Assembly: GCA_020354945.1 (NCBI GenBank)
Contig: CP070655.1
Coordinates: 378,987 to 398,888 of the forward strand
Length of the DNA stretch: 19,902 nt
Reading direction: 5' to 3'
Source of the DNA: Candidatus Omnitrophota bacterium
GTDB lineage: Bacteria; Omnitrophota; Gorgyraeia; JABMRG01; JAFGKX01
A program made the position numbers and the translations under genes. Of the stretch, positions 17,382-19,902 are shown in pieces. The stretch's first letter is position 1, and each line of letters opens with the position of its first letter. The notes under the pieces were generated by a model that had not been told where the DNA came from, did not search any database, and was given only the letters and a program-made list of their open reading frames with translations.

Positions 17382-18539
17382 TCAATAAAAATCCCAGGCA
17401 TCTTTATACTCCCTATGCCAATTCGCAATAAAGCGCGGTGTTTGGAGTAAAGGAAGCTGATCAAATATTGCATATTCACCTGTATTTACATGGTAATCTT
17501 TATTCGCAATATCATCCATATAGCCTCTCAATCTATATATGTAGGATGAAAATGTTGAATAATCCTGGCCTATGAATATTACGGCTCTTGTACAGATCAA
17601 CTGTTCTATCATAGGTATTAGTTTAGAATTGACCTTTTTATCGCTGCTCAAGTCATCATAATAATAAACGTCATATTTGTCTTCCAGGGGTTTAAAGAAA
17701 TCCTTTTCTTTATGATCTGTTGCTATGTATAACTTGGATCCGGCCGGGACTCTCTTGTCTATGTTCTTGACAATATCTTCACAAGGTATCCTTACGTGCT
17801 TGTATTGGAAATCGTTACCCCTGACATGGATGGCGTAATAATCTTTATCTCCTAACTGATGGATGAACTCCCAAGCTAAATCAAAAATTTCAACCCTATA
17901 ATGAATATGTCTGGCAACATATTTTTTAACCTGCTGCATCTTAGAGCTATAAACAACTTGATAGAAATTACCTAACAAATTCTTGTTGAAGAATATTACA
18001 TGTTTAGAATCATCAACAATTTCCTTCCAATGAACTAATCTTTTCCATTTGGTAAATCTTTTTGGAGGGGTTATCTTTTCAAAGTTCAACGATACGTCTG
18101 TTGTGTCTGCATTTCCTTTGTTACTGTCTCCAATCTCAGTTGCTTCATATTTATGCTCCACGGCATCCCAGGATCTTTTTATCCCTTCCATATCGCAGAA
18201 CTCTTCAAAACTTATACTCTCAATACCTATATCATCAAGATCAAAGAAGTCGGATAAGTTGCTATCGCCTTCTAATCGATACATGTGATAAGTTGGAGGT
18301 AATACCAGGATTCTGTTTTTTAGATAGGCAAAAACTGCGGCCAATTCTAACGACATTCGTATGTTATTGAAACCTCCGGTCACCCGCCCCGTCCTCTTCG
18401 GGAGTCCCTGCCATGGCCTGAACACTAAAAAGCCGGCGGTTCCATCATAAAATTTAAACAAATTGTCAAAATCATATTTTAACCAATAAAAGTAATCTTT
18501 TCGATATCCTGATGAGTTTGTTGATAATTCTCTTCCCAC
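17382..18539 (-). CDS. O-fucosyltransferase family glycosyltransferase (GT-B fold, POFUT-like)
   Basis: GGFNNIRM, RILVLPP, YYAIHVRGNDF, LYIATD and EQLICTRAVIFIG..STFS motifs. GTG start is uncertain. Confidence 0.82.
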   Translation of the reverse strand: MGRELSTNSSGYRKDYFYWLKYDFDNLFKFYDGTAGFLVFRPWQGLPKRTGRVTGGFNNIRMSLELAAVFAYLKNRILVLPPTYHMYRLEGDSNLSDFFDLDDIGIESISFEEFCDMEGIKRSWDAVEHKYEATEIGDSNKGNADTTDVSLNFEKITPPKRFTKWKRLVHWKEIVDDSKHVIFFNKNLLGNFYQVVYSSKMQQVKKYVARHIHYRVEIFDLAWEFIHQLGDKDYYAIHVRGNDFQYKHVRIPCEDIVKNIDKRVPAGSKLYIATDHKEKDFFKPLEDKYDVYYYDDLSSDKKVNSKLIPMIEQLICTRAVIFIGQDYSTFSSYIYRLRGYMDDIANKDYHVNTGEYAIFDQLPLLQTPRFIANWHREYKDAWDFY

Positions 18540-18680
18540 TTACGTTTTTCCTGTCTGATTATATAATCTGTTTTCTAATACCTGCACAGTTTCCTTTCTG
18601 CACCAATTCAACGAATTGGTACAGAAAGGTTGATAATCTATGTTGAATGTTGGTGCTGCTGCCAAGGTCGTTTGCTTCGT

Positions 18681-18818
18681 TCATCCCGTTGTAGGCTTTT
18701 TTACCACACCTTGTTCGATTTTGGTTATTGCATTATAAAATAAGCCGGCTTTCTCAGACAATTTCTGCTGAGACCAGCCGGCTTTTTTTCTTAATTCCTT
18801 GACTCTCTTAGCTAATAT
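18681..18818 (-). pseudogene. N-terminal remnant of an XRE-family HTH regulator
   Basis: (ATA)LAKRVKELRKKAGWSQQKLSEKAGLFYNAITKIEQGVVKKPTTG*; the start codon is ATA and the last two helices are missing. Confidence 0.8.
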
Positions 18819-18864
18819 TTTATTCTTGACATATATACTACATCGGTATAGCTAAAATTGATCT

Positions 18865-18972
18865 TTAACTAGGGGCGGAGCCCATAAACACTGTTTTTAT
18901 CTTCCCCCTAGAAGACACCTTGGGTTTTTGGTAGCCACCCTTTTTTTTAGGTTTGCGGCTTTTTTTGTTCGT
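18865..18972 (-). CDS. Putative RiPP precursor-like peptide, 35 aa, ACG start (possibly inactivated)
   Basis: (M)NKKSRKPKKKGGYQKPKVSSRGKIKTVFMGSAPS* follows an AGGAGGTGA RBS directly after the RRE gene and has a YxxPxV leader motif. Confidence 0.65.
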   Translation of the reverse strand, partial: TNKKSRKPKKKGGYQKPKVSSRGKIKTVFMGSAPS

Positions 18973-18975
18973 TCC

Positions 18976-19071
18976 CCTTCACCTCCTTTTGTCATACTAA
19001 TAAGTTTATTAGTTAAGAGTTCCTTCACCTCCTTTTGTCATACTAATAAGTTTATTAGTTAAGAGTTCCTT
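18976..19071. repeat. Exact 46-bp tandem duplication
   Basis: CCTTCACCTCCTTTTGTCATACTAATAAGTTTATTAGTTAAGAGTT at 18976-19021 and 19022-19067, followed by CCTT. Confidence 0.95.
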
Positions 19072-19305
19072 AACGAAAATTATAAGATCCTCTTCTATAA
19101 CTTTATTATCTATGCCGTATTCCTTGTTCATGGTGCTTATTATGAACTTAAGGTCTTTTTTCCTAGCCATTAACTCCAATATTTCGGTACCGGTTCCATT
19201 CAGGCTGTAATGCTCCCCATCATTCAAATTAAGCACCATAGCCTCACCGTCGATCACCCTATAGGCAATATCTTCGCTCAACTCATAGGTATTGCTCAAA
19301 TTCAT
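19009..19305 (-). CDS. PqqD family protein / stand-alone RiPP recognition element (lasso B1-like)
   Basis: VIDGEAMVLNLNDGEHYSLNGTGTEILELM...EYGID...EEDLIIFVKELLTNKLI matches the PqqD/RRE pattern. Confidence 0.9.
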   Translation of the reverse strand: MNLSNTYELSEDIAYRVIDGEAMVLNLNDGEHYSLNGTGTEILELMARKKDLKFIISTMNKEYGIDNKVIEEDLIIFVKELLTNKLISMTKGGEGTLN

Positions 19306-19322
19306 GTCTTCTCCGGATTTAA

Positions 19323-19351
19323 ATTATATCACATGCGAGTATGCCTGTCAA
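19323..19351 (-). promoter_or_regulatory. Consensus sigma70 promoter for the RRE and peptide genes
   Basis: Minus strand TTGACA-17 bp-TATAAT with a TGn extension; GGAG RBS before ATG 19305. Confidence 0.88.
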
Positions 19352-19500
19352 ATCAGTTAGCAATCCTTTCGAATCGGCTCACATTAGATGTTGTCCAAAA
19401 TAAATTTTAAGGGTTTTTAAGTGTCACTGTACACTATCCGCTTCGGCTCTATTGTGCATAGGTTTATAATATGTTAAAAAAATAGAATGCCCCCTCATTT

Positions 19501-19902
19501 TTACTTACATAATCTTTGGGTAATAGGTTTAGATATTTTTGCTACTTTCTTTAGAATAGAAAGCATGTTATCGTTGTAAAAATATAGAAATGCGGCTATT
19601 ACGCTATATAAATCTTTTACTGATGTCGGCAGGGATTTTAAAAATTTTTTATAATTCGCCAACTGCATAATGATCTCTCTTATGATAAATATTTTAATAG
19701 GGTCCTCGTCTTTTATCTTATAACATATATATATAAATAAATTGACAAGGAAACTCCGTCTCATTTTTTGCATAACGACCTCTGGAATATCGGCAATTAT
19801 GATTTTTCGTGCTAAAAATAAGAGTGTGAATATCTTAAACTCATTCCCTGTCACATGTGCCCAGTGTAATAAGTTATCCCAGTTAATCTTATCACCGTAA
19901 TA
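19501..19902 (-). CDS. C-terminal part of a probable nucleotidyltransferase family protein (NTP_transf_5-like); start outside the window
   Basis: The frame is open to the window edge. YYGDKINWDNLLHWAHVTG...LFLARKIIIADIP resembles the (I/L)DW helical C-terminus of this family, and it sits next to an RRE gene. Confidence 0.5.
   Translation of the reverse strand, partial: YYGDKINWDNLLHWAHVTGNEFKIFTLLFLARKIIIADIPEVVMQKMRRSFLVNLFIYICYKIKDEDPIKIFIIREIIMQLANYKKFLKSLPTSVKDLYSVIAAFLYFYNDNMLSILKKVAKISKPITQRLCK

Noticed and set aside
18865-18972. Canonical lasso peptide precursor
   Set aside because: No Thr at -2, the core is five residues, and there is no acceptor Asp/Glu.
19009-19305. PQQ biosynthesis (pqqD)
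   Set aside because: No pqqB/C/E genes and no ExxxY precursor; the context fits a generic RRE.
1725-19410. Plus-strand ORFs in the track and the minus-strand ORF 2776-2973
   Set aside because: They are shadows of well-supported genes and show no recognisable motifs.

Overview
Bacterial window with almost every gene on the minus strand; gene content and repeat style suggest a diderm such as Omnitrophota (inference only). The left 11 kb is housekeeping: miaB, a TPR/SPOR gene, miaA and hflX, then a CIRCE-controlled hrcA-grpE-dnaK-dnaJ operon, an FmdB-type zinc ribbon gene and a partial DUF1015 gene. miaB carries two in-frame palindromic REP-like inserts and a heptamer array. The right 9 kb is an accessory mosaic. 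It holds a SAM methyltransferase, a fused MFS/spermidine synthase-like gene, an orphan 5' fragment of a different miaB, two ~103-bp direct repeats that begin with a tRNA-Ser 3' end (att-like), two further methyltransferases, an O-fucosyltransferase-family gene, and XRE-HTH and IS91-like remnants. At the right edge is a lasso-type RiPP-like module: a partial nucleotidyltransferase, a consensus sigma70 promoter, a PqqD/RRE gene and an unannotated 35-aa peptide with lasso leader spacing but only a 5-residue core (GSAPS). All calls are by eye; no database searches were run.
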